Assembly: GCA_016860985.1 (NCBI GenBank)
Contig: BOKM01000001.1
Location: forward strand, 463,462-527,461
Direction: 5' to 3'
Source: Patescibacteria group bacterium
GTDB taxonomy: Bacteria; Patescibacteriota; Dojkabacteria; GCA-002793355
Length of the DNA: 64,000 nucleotides
Of the stretch, positions 28,179 to 37,097 are shown piece after piece. Both the position numbers and the translations under genes were made by a program. The notes under the pieces were generated by a model that had not been told where the DNA came from, did no database searches, and saw only the letters and a program-made list of their open reading frames with translations. Numbering within the stretch: position 1 is the first letter of the stretch; each line of letters begins with the position of its first letter.

Positions 28179-28991
28179 TTACTTTGTTACTTGCAGTGTT
28201 TTCATAACCGAATCACAAATGGCGATGTACGACGCATCGATTGAACAATACGCACTAAACCAAATGTCCTTATTGTAGGTTAAGGCGGGTGAAGCACAAG
28301 GCGATGTAGTCGCATCAGAAATAACAGGTTCTGTGCACTCTTTCCCACTCGAGAGAGAAGAAGGCGTCACATACGCAACAGCAAAGCTGTAGCTACCCGA
28401 ATTACCAAATACCTTTTTAGAACGAACTCTTTTTAAATCCTTAATTGATGAACTCACATTGGTTAGTGATGAGTAACCCTGAATTTCATACAACTCATAA
28501 GGGAGGTTAAACGCCATAAAGGCCTTCGTTCCCTTTCGTAAGAGAATGCCATTCCAGGTCCCAATTTTTGTTTCTGATACCGTCACATCTGCCGGCAATT
28601 TCATAGTAAAAGTGAGTGTAAAACTACCCTCCCACTCTTTAATTTTGGCCGTCTTTGTTACTGTAGATGCGGTGGCAGTCGGGGTTGGCGTTGAGGTTGC
28701 AGAAGGTGTTGGAGATTCTGTTGGTGTATCAGAAACCGAAGGAGTCACACTCTCGGTTGGGGTAGGTGTGACGGTCACAGTAGGAGTTGGAGTCAATGGT
28801 GTTGGTGTTTTTTGTTTGCCGGCATAAAAGCCCAAAGCGGAGGCGAGTGCAATAAGCGCGACTACTAGGCCAATTATCAATCCTTTTGATAATGACTGCG
28901 ATTGCACTTGAGGCTCAATCTGCGGCTGGCTATCTAACTGAACGCCTTCTGCATTTGCTTCAGGCATATTTGTTGGCTGTGAAATTTCCAT
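28179..28991 (-). CDS. membrane-anchored surface protein with a Pro/Thr-rich linker
   Basis: TM anchor (LIIGLVVALIALASALGFYAG), then 'TPTPLTPTPTVTVTPTPTESVTPSVSDTPTESPTPSATSTPTPTATAS', then a globular C-terminal domain. Start moved to the internal Met (MEISQ); the track ORF extends to 29060. Confidence 0.5.
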   Translation of the reverse strand: MEISQPTNMPEANAEGVQLDSQPQIEPQVQSQSLSKGLIIGLVVALIALASALGFYAGKQKTPTPLTPTPTVTVTPTPTESVTPSVSDTPTESPTPSATSTPTPTATASTVTKTAKIKEWEGSFTLTFTMKLPADVTVSETKIGTWNGILLRKGTKAFMAFNLPYELYEIQGYSSLTNVSSSIKDLKRVRSKKVFGNSGSYSFAVAYVTPSSLSSGKECTEPVISDATTSPCASPALTYNKDIWFSAYCSIDASYIAICDSVMKTLQVTK

Positions 28992-29003
28992 AATGAAGAG
29001 TAG

Positions 29004-29053
29004 CGCGAATTTTCGAATCTGTAAAATGAAATGCCTCTGGCGAAAATTCGCGC
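29004..29053. promoter_or_regulatory. perfect 13-bp inverted repeat GCGCGAATTTTCG-(24 nt)-CGAAAATTCGCGC immediately upstream of the tyrS -10 element
   Basis: Arms at 29004-29016 and 29041-29053. An extended -10 TGTATAAT follows at 29060-29067, with the tyrS ATG at 29073. Confidence 0.35.
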
Positions 29054-29072
29054 AAAACATGTATAATCTACC

Positions 29073-30425
29073 ATGTCAAACTTATCAGTAGACGAGCGAA
29101 TTGCTCTCATAAAATCCATCACCGAAAATGGTGGAGAGTTCATCGGCGAAGATGAACTAGAAAAGGTCCTTACCTCTGGAGAGCAACTCTATACGTACGA
29201 TGGGTTCGAACCCTCTGGCCAAATGCATATTGCACAAGGAATTATCCGCGCAATTAACGTTAATAAGATGATTGACGCTGGCTTCACTTTTAGAATGTGG
29301 GTAGCTGACTGGTTCGGTTATTTGAATAACAAAATGGGCGGCGATTTAGAGAAAATAAAAACTGTTGGTCGCTATTTTGTTGAGATTTGGAAAGCAAGCG
29401 GCATGAATCTTGATAAAACAGAATTCCTTTGGACCTCAGATTTTGTTGGCCAGCGATGGTACTGGGAATTGGTTATGAAGATAGCCAAGGCAGTTACCCT
29501 CAAACGTGCGCTTAGAACAACTGCAATTATGGGGCGGACCGAAAGTGACGATCTTTCCGCTGGTCAAATCTTTTATCCGTGCATGCAAATTGCTGACATA
29601 TTCGGTGTTATGAATGCGCAAGTTACACAACTTGGGCTTGATCAGCAAAAAGTAAACGTTCTTGCTCGAGAAATAGGAGAAGAATTAGGTTACTGGAAAC
29701 CCGTAATTGTGAGCCATGGTATGTTGCAAGGATTGCAAAAGCCAGAAGACAAAAAACGAACAGTTATCTCAACCAACAATTTTATGGCTCAAGAACTGAT
29801 TTACAAAGGGAGTAAAGCTTCTATTGTAGTTCAAGGAAGAGAAGAAAACTGCATAACCCTCAGTTTTGTTAATACAAAACAAGACGTACTACGAACCGAA
29901 GATGTGTCCACAGAAAAAAGTATAAAGTACTTCGATTTGCAGATTACATTACACACCAATGGCGAGCTCGAAATACTCGAGAATACTCCAGAAAGAATGA
30001 TATCCATGAAGATGAGTAAATCAAAACCAGACACCGCCATCTTTATGACCGACACCTCAGAAGAAGTTCAGCGCAAAATTATGAAGGCATACTGTCCAGA
30101 AGGAATAATCGACGACAATCCCGTACTTGATTATTGCAAACAAATCATTTTTAACGCTCACTATCTAAAACGCGAAAATCCACTTCTGAAAGACGGGGTG
30201 TTCGAGATTAAGCGAAAACCAGAGTTCGGTGGAGATATCACCTTTGCATCGTATCAGGTACTTGAAAAAGCATATGCAGATAAACAAGTGTACCCACTTG
30301 ATCTAAAGAATACCGTTATTGAGTACTTGAATGCATTATTGCAACCAGTACGAGATCATTTTGAAAACAATGCCGAGGCAAAAGCACTTCTTGAACAGGT
30401 GCGTAGCTTTCAAGTATCACGCTAA
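29073..30425 (+). CDS. tyrS: tyrosyl-tRNA synthetase, archaeal/eukaryal type
   Basis: Collinear with M. jannaschii TyrRS: 'DGFEPSGQMHIAQ' (cf. IGFEPSGKIHLGH), 'AGFTFRMWVADWFGYLN', 'FYPCMQIADI', the KMSKS loop 'MKMSKSK', 'KAYCPEG' and 'KRKPEFGGDITFASY'. An ~88-aa insertion precedes KMSKS. Confidence 0.9.
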   Translation: MSNLSVDERIALIKSITENGGEFIGEDELEKVLTSGEQLYTYDGFEPSGQMHIAQGIIRAINVNKMIDAGFTFRMWVADWFGYLNNKMGGDLEKIKTVGRYFVEIWKASGMNLDKTEFLWTSDFVGQRWYWELVMKIAKAVTLKRALRTTAIMGRTESDDLSAGQIFYPCMQIADIFGVMNAQVTQLGLDQQKVNVLAREIGEELGYWKPVIVSHGMLQGLQKPEDKKRTVISTNNFMAQELIYKGSKASIVVQGREENCITLSFVNTKQDVLRTEDVSTEKSIKYFDLQITLHTNGELEILENTPERMISMKMSKSKPDTAIFMTDTSEEVQRKIMKAYCPEGIIDDNPVLDYCKQIIFNAHYLKRENPLLKDGVFEIKRKPEFGGDITFASYQVLEKAYADKQVYPLDLKNTVIEYLNALLQPVRDHFENNAEAKALLEQVRSFQVSR

Positions 30426-31180
30426 TCCTGTGGATAGATGCATTCGAGTATCGTTGCAAAAAGTACTTTGGTCATGGGACTGTGCAATAAGGGAAGTACG
30501 TCTTCTAACCTGCCATTTCCAACAATAGGGCCATTATCCTCGCATAATCGGGGGTAAAGTATTTCGCACCGTTGCATTGCTGCAACTTCATCTTGCGCCA
30601 CATCTTTTTGATCGTACGCGGAGAATAGCTCCATCACATTTGATGTGCGCAAAAGATTATTAAGTCCAACTGCGAATTTGTCTCCCTGCTTTGCTTTCTC
30701 ACGTACTTCCTGTTGCAACGACTGCTGAACGAACATCGCCCGCGAACTAACAGAATCTCTTAGAGCAATCATTAATAATTTACCTTTTTTTTCGTCTACA
30801 AATCTTTTTGGGTGTTCGGGTAGAAACAACTGCCCCGCAAGTTTGTCGATATAAGCCAGAGGAGCTCCCATTATTCGTAGCTCATCTTTTAGGTTGGAAT
30901 TCCATGATTTAGGCAATAACAAGACAATATCAAACAACACTCCTACTCGTCCTCGGGTTCTTAGGAGTTTATCTAGTTCATACTTAACTCCCCAACTCAA
31001 TTTCTTCTTTTGTGTTTCCTGGCTGAAAATTCTTTGAAAACTCGTTAAGGTAGGCACAGAATCCCATTTTGTAAGTACGCCCTTTGTATCCATTTCCGCC
31101 GCAATGGTTTGAATATCACTTAAGGCGCCACAATCCGAGGCATATCCTCTTGCGCGCTCGTCTCGGTAATAATGAAACAT
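30422..31180 (-). CDS. hypothetical protein (possible Cys-containing nuclease-like fold)
   Basis: 252 aa. One N-terminal Cys (DCG) and three C-terminal Cys (RCEILYPRLCED...ECIYP) are reminiscent of Cas4/AddB-type 1+3 Cys sets, but no clear D...ExK motif is present. Confidence 0.35.
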   Translation of the reverse strand: MFHYYRDERARGYASDCGALSDIQTIAAEMDTKGVLTKWDSVPTLTSFQRIFSQETQKKKLSWGVKYELDKLLRTRGRVGVLFDIVLLLPKSWNSNLKDELRIMGAPLAYIDKLAGQLFLPEHPKRFVDEKKGKLLMIALRDSVSSRAMFVQQSLQQEVREKAKQGDKFAVGLNNLLRTSNVMELFSAYDQKDVAQDEVAAMQRCEILYPRLCEDNGPIVGNGRLEDVLPLLHSPMTKVLFATILECIYPQD

Positions 31181-31202
31181 TACACAATTATACTATAAGC
31201 CA

Positions 31203-33257
31203 CTAGCTTTTAAGATTTTTTATAAGTTCACGTAGTTCAATTGCTTTTTCAAAATTCAGGGACATCGCTTCTTTCTTCATCTCTTTTGTTAACCAATCAA
31301 TTGTGGATTTTTGCTCTTTTTTGGGCATAGTGCGGTACGAAGCAGTCATAATTTCGATATCTTTCCCAAGCATTGTATGGATCTTCTTCTCGCGTGCTAC
31401 ATCTGTTTCTTCTTCAATTTTTGGCAATATACGTTCTCTGATTGCTTTGTGGATAGATTGTGGAGTAATTCCCATCTTCTGGTTATACTCTAACTGTGCC
31501 TTTCGGCGTCTTTCTACTTCAAAGAGCGCTTCTTGCATACTGTGAGTTGTATGGTTCGCGTACAAAATGACTCGTCCTTCTACGTGCCTTGCTGCTCTCC
31601 CCATTGTTTGGATTAAACTTGTTCTGGAGCGCAAAAAACCTTCTTTATCCGCATCAAGAATTGCAACCAACGAAACTTCCGGCAAGTCCAAGCCTTCACG
31701 CAACAGGTTAATTCCTACCAAAACATCGTAATTACCTGCTCTTAGGTCAGAAAGAATATCAGTTCTGTCCATCGTATCGATATCAGAGTGCAAGTAGGTC
31801 ACCCTTACTCCACCTTCTTTTAGATACTCAGACAAGTCTTCTGCCATCCGTTTTGTCATTGTGGTAACCAGTACGCGTTCTTTTTTGGCAATTGTCGTTT
31901 TAATTTCAGTTACCAAATCCTGGATCTGATTTTCGGCAGGACGTACCTCAACAACCGGATCAACGATGCCTGTAGGTCTAATGAGTTGCTCTGCAACGTT
32001 CTCTTTTCCTGCTTTTTCCATTTCATATTCTTCCGGTGTTGCCGAGAGAAACACTGTATACCCCATTCGGTCTTCGAATTCAGGAAACCGCAAGGGTCTG
32101 TTCTCTTTTGCCGAAGGAAGGCGAAAGCCATAGTCTATAAGATTTTGCTTTCTTGCTTGGTCACCATTGTACATGCCTCTGATCTGAGGAACAGTCATAT
32201 GTGATTCATCAATAACCAGCAAGTAGTCTTTTGGAAAATAGTCCATTAGTGAATATGGCGGGTCACCAAGCTGTCGGCCATCAAAGTAATAGGAGTAGTT
32301 TTCAATGCCTTTGCAATATCCAATTTCGCGAATCATTTCTAAATCATATTGAACCTTTTGCTTTAATCGGTGAGCTTCTATCAATTTTCCTTGAGATTCG
32401 AACTCTTTAACTCGTTTTGCCGTATCTTGTTGTATCCTTTCTATTGCTTGCTGCTGAAGTGCCTCGTCCATTACATAGTGCTTCGCGGGGTACAAGACTA
32501 CTTTTTTAATCGCTTCGCCTTCTGTTTCTAGCAACATGTCGATATAGTACGAATAGTCTGTGATAACTGCTCCATCTATTGGGTTAAATAGCTCTAAAGA
32601 AGAAACCTCGTCACCCAAGTATGTGACTCGAACACCAATATCTGCATATGAAATGTAAATATCAACAGAATTACCCCTAATTCGAAAGGTTCCTCTTTTA
32701 AAGTCGATATCGTTTCGTTCATAATACAAGTTGACTAACTGTGCTTGCAGCTTTTGTGGACCATTTCCTTTTCCAACTTCAACCAGTGCCATCGCATTTT
32801 TATACGTTTTTGGTGAACCAAGGTTGTAAATTGCCGATACTGACGCGATAACAATTGCATCCTCTCTTGTCATTAATGCAGTAGTTGCAGCCAGTCGGAG
32901 TTTATCAATTTCTTCATTAATATCCGAGTCTTTTTCAATATACAAGTCACGCTGAGGAATATACGCCTCTGGTTGATAGTAGTCGTAGTAACTAACGAAG
33001 TAATGAACAGCATTTTTAGGAAAAAACTCTTTAAACTCTTGGTACAACTGCGCCGCGAGTGTCTTGTTGTGAGAAATAATCAGGGTCGGTTTTTGAACAC
33101 GCTGAATAAGATTTGCCACTGTAAAGGTTTTTCCGCTACCAGTCACTCCGAGTAATACTTGTGAATGTTGACCGTTACCGACTCCTGCAACTAGTTTTTC
33201 TATTGCCGTAGGCTGGTCACCCATCGGACTATATTGTGCAGAGAGTTGGAACTTCAT
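31203..33257 (-). CDS. uvrB: excinuclease ABC subunit B
   Basis: 'PMGDQPTAIEKLVAGVGNGQHSQVLLGVTGSGKTFTVANLIQ', helicase motifs and the C-terminal UVR domain 'NFEKAIELRELIKNLK'. Confidence 0.95.
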   Translation of the reverse strand: MKFQLSAQYSPMGDQPTAIEKLVAGVGNGQHSQVLLGVTGSGKTFTVANLIQRVQKPTLIISHNKTLAAQLYQEFKEFFPKNAVHYFVSYYDYYQPEAYIPQRDLYIEKDSDINEEIDKLRLAATTALMTREDAIVIASVSAIYNLGSPKTYKNAMALVEVGKGNGPQKLQAQLVNLYYERNDIDFKRGTFRIRGNSVDIYISYADIGVRVTYLGDEVSSLELFNPIDGAVITDYSYYIDMLLETEGEAIKKVVLYPAKHYVMDEALQQQAIERIQQDTAKRVKEFESQGKLIEAHRLKQKVQYDLEMIREIGYCKGIENYSYYFDGRQLGDPPYSLMDYFPKDYLLVIDESHMTVPQIRGMYNGDQARKQNLIDYGFRLPSAKENRPLRFPEFEDRMGYTVFLSATPEEYEMEKAGKENVAEQLIRPTGIVDPVVEVRPAENQIQDLVTEIKTTIAKKERVLVTTMTKRMAEDLSEYLKEGGVRVTYLHSDIDTMDRTDILSDLRAGNYDVLVGINLLREGLDLPEVSLVAILDADKEGFLRSRTSLIQTMGRAARHVEGRVILYANHTTHSMQEALFEVERRRKAQLEYNQKMGITPQSIHKAIRERILPKIEEETDVAREKKIHTMLGKDIEIMTASYRTMPKKEQKSTIDWLTKEMKKEAMSLNFEKAIELRELIKNLKS

Positions 33258-33288
33258 ACTGAATTATAGCGCAAAAGTGGGAATTTCC

Positions 33289-34050
33289 CTATTTTTTGCC
33301 CGTGTACTTTACTATCTTTCCTGTTCTCCACGCTTCTTCGAGATCCTTTGCACCAGTCATGCCACTACCTATATGTGCCATCTCTTGAGCTTCTCTGTAT
33401 CCTTGACGAGCTACGAGCCCAACTGCCAATCCACCTACAATACCCAATGGATTTAAACCAGTAGCCAACCCTCCGATGATTCCAGATAACATGACAAAGT
33501 CAGTGTCTGCACGCAATTTATCATGCTGAAATAGTGTTAATACCACCACACCAAACCTCTCCACTCCTGATTCAATCCGTTCCTTAATCGTTGGACGTGG
33601 CGCACTTTTCTGGATCCGACCTGTTTTTAGTGCTCTTGCGAGCATTGTAATTCCTGAAACATTAATATCTCTATCGTCTGGCCGAGTTATTTCGCGAACA
33701 GCGTTACCAACAAGAGGAGACACAAGAATCCCAAGCGCCGCCCCAGTTATTGGATTCGACGAAATAAGCCCAAGTGCCACTGCGGAAGCGAGATCTTCAT
33801 GAACATTCCGATTCGTAAGCATAGTCAAAAAAACGGCACCCGCTTTTTCTAATTGGTCAACAATGGCTTTTCCAACTTTGGTGGAGTCTAGTTTTTTAAC
33901 CAATGGGTCCGCAAGTTCCGTCACCTTTCTCTCAAAAGCACCCATTTTCGGCTGTTTCTTGACCGGACGAGCTGCATAATGCTCGACATATTGAAATGTC
34001 CTCCCGTTCGGTGCAACCCTAACTGGTTCTTTTGAAGGTTCAGTTGCCAT
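33289..34050 (-). CDS. hypothetical protein, Gly/Ala-rich amphipathic C-terminal half
   Basis: 253-aa ORF with no family assignment. C-terminal glycine-zipper-like segments (GIIGGLATGLNPLGIVGGLAVGLVA). Confidence 0.4.
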   Translation of the reverse strand: MATEPSKEPVRVAPNGRTFQYVEHYAARPVKKQPKMGAFERKVTELADPLVKKLDSTKVGKAIVDQLEKAGAVFLTMLTNRNVHEDLASAVALGLISSNPITGAALGILVSPLVGNAVREITRPDDRDINVSGITMLARALKTGRIQKSAPRPTIKERIESGVERFGVVVLTLFQHDKLRADTDFVMLSGIIGGLATGLNPLGIVGGLAVGLVARQGYREAQEMAHIGSGMTGAKDLEEAWRTGKIVKYTGKK

Positions 34051-34055
34051 ATTTA

Positions 34056-34403
34056 CTATTCTTCTTTTAATGCAAGATAAATTTCATGTCCCTTTTTTAC
34101 TAACTCTTCTTCAAGTGCTTGGGCATAGGAAACCTGCTCTTCTGCAGTGAGTGTCTTGAACTTTTGTGCAAAGACCTCAGCTACTAAGGAAGTTTGTTTA
34201 TCAGTATCTTTTGTTTGTTCAAGAATCTTTTCAACTAGTTGATATTCCTGAGGTGTGTTAAAAAGCATTTTTTCTGCATAAACAAACAGATGCATAATCA
34301 AGCGCTTTGTAATTTCTTCATATTCTTCAGGAAGTAAATCAGGCAAAAGCTTTTCTAAGGCCTGTCGGATTACTTCTGCAGAAATAACAGAGGTAGTTTC
34401 CAT
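34056..34403 (-). CDS. small acidic hypothetical protein
   Basis: 115-aa ORF, helical, Glu-rich. Confidence 0.4.
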   Translation of the reverse strand: METTSVISAEVIRQALEKLLPDLLPEEYEEITKRLIMHLFVYAEKMLFNTPQEYQLVEKILEQTKDTDKQTSLVAEVFAQKFKTLTAEEQVSYAQALEEELVKKGHEIYLALKEE

Positions 34404-34438
34404 CTGTAATTATACACCTTTAAGAGACATCGTGTCGA

Positions 34439-35812
34439 TTACCCAGCCTTCTTTGGCCTTCGAGCAACATTTACATATCGCGCTCCAACAAAAGCGAATA
34501 CTCCAATAGCATACAGCGTACCCCCAATGTATAGCAGCACATCGTCAGCAAAACCGGTTTCACTTGGAGTGTGAGTAACAGAAGGAGTTCTTGTGCCAGT
34601 TGTTGTTGGAGGTACCGTAGTTGTTGGAGGAGGGGGGAAGTTGCATGTGTAACTAGTATTGGTACAATCGTCACTTGTGTACTGACACCCAGAAGGAAGT
34701 GGAACCCTTGTACACTGAGGAGTTATCGAAGGGGTTGTTGTTCCAGTACTTGAGACTGTTGGCGTTGAGGTTGGAGTTGGGGAACCGGTGTTTGTTGGTG
34801 TCGGTGTCCTCGATGTTGTCGGAGTAGGAGTTCTTGTTGCCGTTGGACTTGGAGTACGTGTCGCTGTTGGTGAGGGAGTTCGAGTTGCTGTCGGAGTAGG
34901 AGTTCTTGTTGCGGTGGGGGTAGGGGTAACAGTATTTGTTGTTGCATCACAGTAAAAACTGCCACTCGTGCCCTTAACAACTGCTCCAGGAGCACAACAA
35001 TCTTTGATAACATCTGTAGAGGAAGCATTCAAACATTTTCTCCCAATGGCGTTAGCAACCCACTCATTTCTACAATCAAGTCCCGTCCCAAAATTTGCAC
35101 AAGAGGTATTTGAGCAAGTGTTTTTTGGATGCGAACCATAATCATTGCAATACGCCTTTGTTGGGGTTGGGACTGGGGTTGTTGGACCAATGATCACACA
35201 TGCGGTTCCGGCGCTGTTAATCACCTGCCCTGAGGGGCAACAATCAAATATTTGATCATATGTCGACCTACTTACACATTTTACATTCGATGCTCCTGAT
35301 AAAGATTTCGATGCACAATAACGGCCACTTGGGCACGTTGCATTTGTACATGAATTTTTGGCGTGATTTCCATAGCTACTGCAATACCCAGAACTTGGTG
35401 TAGGGGTGGGGGTAGGAGTTCGAGTTGGTGTTGGCGTAGCAGTTGGTGTTGTACCGGGGCAAACTCCAGAAGCAGATGGTGCTCCGTTGCGACAGCAGTC
35501 GACTATCTGATCCTGTTCTCCTATTATTCTACATTTTGTTACATACCCAGTCCCACTCAATGCACGTGATGCACATTTGTTCCCAAGATTTCCCGTTCCA
35601 AGTGCTGTAGTACACGATGTGTTATTACATGTACCTGAAGAATATGTTCCATAATTATTACAAAAGCCCGCCGCTTCCGAACCTGGCTCCCACAATTTTC
35701 TTCCTGGATCGGAAAGTAAAAAACCTGTCACGCCCAATACAATTAACCCAGCGATTGCAAAAATGATAGTTGGCAACTGTTTCATCCGATTCTTGGAGGC
35801 AAGTTTTTTCAT
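34439..35812 (-). CDS. membrane-anchored Cys-rich modular surface protein with a (TPTATRTPSP)n linker
   Basis: N-terminal signal/TM. Three ~65-aa Cys-rich modules share the pattern C-x-x-YG-x-x-x-K/G-x-x-C-x-N-T/A-S/T-C...KC...DCC. A Thr/Pro-rich repeat tract and a C-terminal TM anchor (LLYIGGTLYAIGVFAFVG-ARYVNVARRPKK) follow. Confidence 0.6.
   Translation of the reverse strand: MKKLASKNRMKQLPTIIFAIAGLIVLGVTGFLLSDPGRKLWEPGSEAAGFCNNYGTYSSGTCNNTSCTTALGTGNLGNKCASRALSGTGYVTKCRIIGEQDQIVDCCRNGAPSASGVCPGTTPTATPTPTRTPTPTPTPSSGYCSSYGNHAKNSCTNATCPSGRYCASKSLSGASNVKCVSRSTYDQIFDCCPSGQVINSAGTACVIIGPTTPVPTPTKAYCNDYGSHPKNTCSNTSCANFGTGLDCRNEWVANAIGRKCLNASSTDVIKDCCAPGAVVKGTSGSFYCDATTNTVTPTPTATRTPTPTATRTPSPTATRTPSPTATRTPTPTTSRTPTPTNTGSPTPTSTPTVSSTGTTTPSITPQCTRVPLPSGCQYTSDDCTNTSYTCNFPPPPTTTVPPTTTGTRTPSVTHTPSETGFADDVLLYIGGTLYAIGVFAFVGARYVNVARRPKKAG
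34765..34945. repeat. imperfect tandem 24-bp coding repeats encoding (T-A-T-R-T-P-S/T-P)n
   Basis: Repeated ACTCGAACTCC(C/T)... units on the complementary strand produce the spurious antisense ORFs 34471-34674 and 34723-35028. Confidence 0.5.
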
Positions 35813-35849
35813 ATCTACATTCTATCCCAATCGTTTTAAGACGTCAAAA

Positions 35850-37064
35850 TCATGTGCCTACCAAAATCAACTCCTCCTCCGCTCTTGTGACGCCAGTATA
35901 TAACCAGCGCCTCCATTCGTCATCGCTCATTTTAGCGAAACGTTCTTCAAAGAGAACAACACGTTTTGCTTGGCTTCCTTGGGCTTTATGCACGGTAAGC
36001 GCATAACCATAATCAAAAAGATCAAATTGTCGAGTAATAGATCGGTCTTTCGTAAAATTCATCGCTGCTGGGGCGTGAAATTGAGCTGCTAATACGTCCC
36101 CTCGGAATGGGTAATCTTCTCCGTCTAGCCGAGCTTCGATAAAATAATTACCATCGTCTCGCATATCGACTGTTTCTACAGTACCCAACATCCCATTATA
36201 AATCTGAGCAGTGTGATTATTCCGTAAACAGATGACTCTATCGCGAGGCTTTGGAATATCAGTTTCATAACCCCGCTGTTTTCGAATATATTTATTCAAA
36301 TCGACGCGCGTTTTGTTGTAACCGCAAAGAAGCATTGTTTCTGCGTTATAACTTTCAAGAATGGTACCAATTTGCTCTCTAGCCTCTGGATCATACCTAT
36401 TCACCTTCTTGACGCGTTCTCCATATTTGCCGATTGGAATATTCCCTTCTGTTCGTGCCATAAGCGAAACCATAATAATTGGATTCCCTTCATTTTGCCT
36501 ATGAATCTTTTCAAGTTTAATTTGTGGTTCTTGCATTAAGTTGAAATTTCCACGAACTGGAGGAAGTTGCCCATGGTCTCCGACTGCCACGATAGGAATA
36601 CCGTAAGATTGAATATCAAACCAAATATTTTCATCGACCATAGAGGCCTCATCTATAACGATTAAGTCGGCCTTTATCTCCTTTCTCCTTTCCCATCCTA
36701 TAATTTCTTCTGTTTTTGTGTCAGTTACGGGTGAATACATTAGGGAATGGATTGTTCCGACAGAATCGATAATTTTCAGCGCATTATGAATTTTTAACCG
36801 TTGCTGCAAAACTCTAGCTGCTTTTCCGGTGTAACTACAAAAAGCAACTTTTGTTAAGTCAGAAAGTTTTGAGAGTTCTTTTCTAAATTCTGCTAGTACA
36901 GTTGTTTTTCCTGTTCCGGCATAACCACCTACCGTAATGTAAGGTGCCCTTTGAACAGAGGTATTCCAATCTAACAAAGCCTCAAGGACTTTTCTTTGAT
37001 CTTCGGATAACTGGAATTCTGCCATGTGCGAGTATAGCAAGGTCGTAAAGGTATTTGGTTTCAC
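35850..37064 (-). CDS. RecD/PIF1-like ATP-dependent DNA helicase (short form)
   Basis: Walker A 'VGGYAGTGKTT', 'IVIDEASMVD' (Walker B), 'VGDHGQLPPV' and a C-terminal UvrD_C_2-like 'ALTVHKAQGSQ'. Confidence 0.75.
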   Translation of the reverse strand: MKPNTFTTLLYSHMAEFQLSEDQRKVLEALLDWNTSVQRAPYITVGGYAGTGKTTVLAEFRKELSKLSDLTKVAFCSYTGKAARVLQQRLKIHNALKIIDSVGTIHSLMYSPVTDTKTEEIIGWERRKEIKADLIVIDEASMVDENIWFDIQSYGIPIVAVGDHGQLPPVRGNFNLMQEPQIKLEKIHRQNEGNPIIMVSLMARTEGNIPIGKYGERVKKVNRYDPEAREQIGTILESYNAETMLLCGYNKTRVDLNKYIRKQRGYETDIPKPRDRVICLRNNHTAQIYNGMLGTVETVDMRDDGNYFIEARLDGEDYPFRGDVLAAQFHAPAAMNFTKDRSITRQFDLFDYGYALTVHKAQGSQAKRVVLFEERFAKMSDDEWRRWLYTGVTRAEEELILVGT

Positions 37065-37097
37065 GGACTCTCACAATATAAGCTATAATTTGCCATC

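Noticed and set aside
34765-34945. Tandem nucleotide repeats, considered as a possible CRISPR array
   Set aside because: The repeats are coding (in-frame TPTATRTPSP units), imperfect, and have no spacer structure. No cas genes are nearby.
34471-35028. ORFs 34471-34674, 34571-34753 and 34723-35028, which run through the Thr/Pro repeat tract
   Set aside because: They are artefacts of the repetitive ACN/CCN codon structure of the surface-protein gene. The sense frame encodes a coherent modular protein with signal and anchor.
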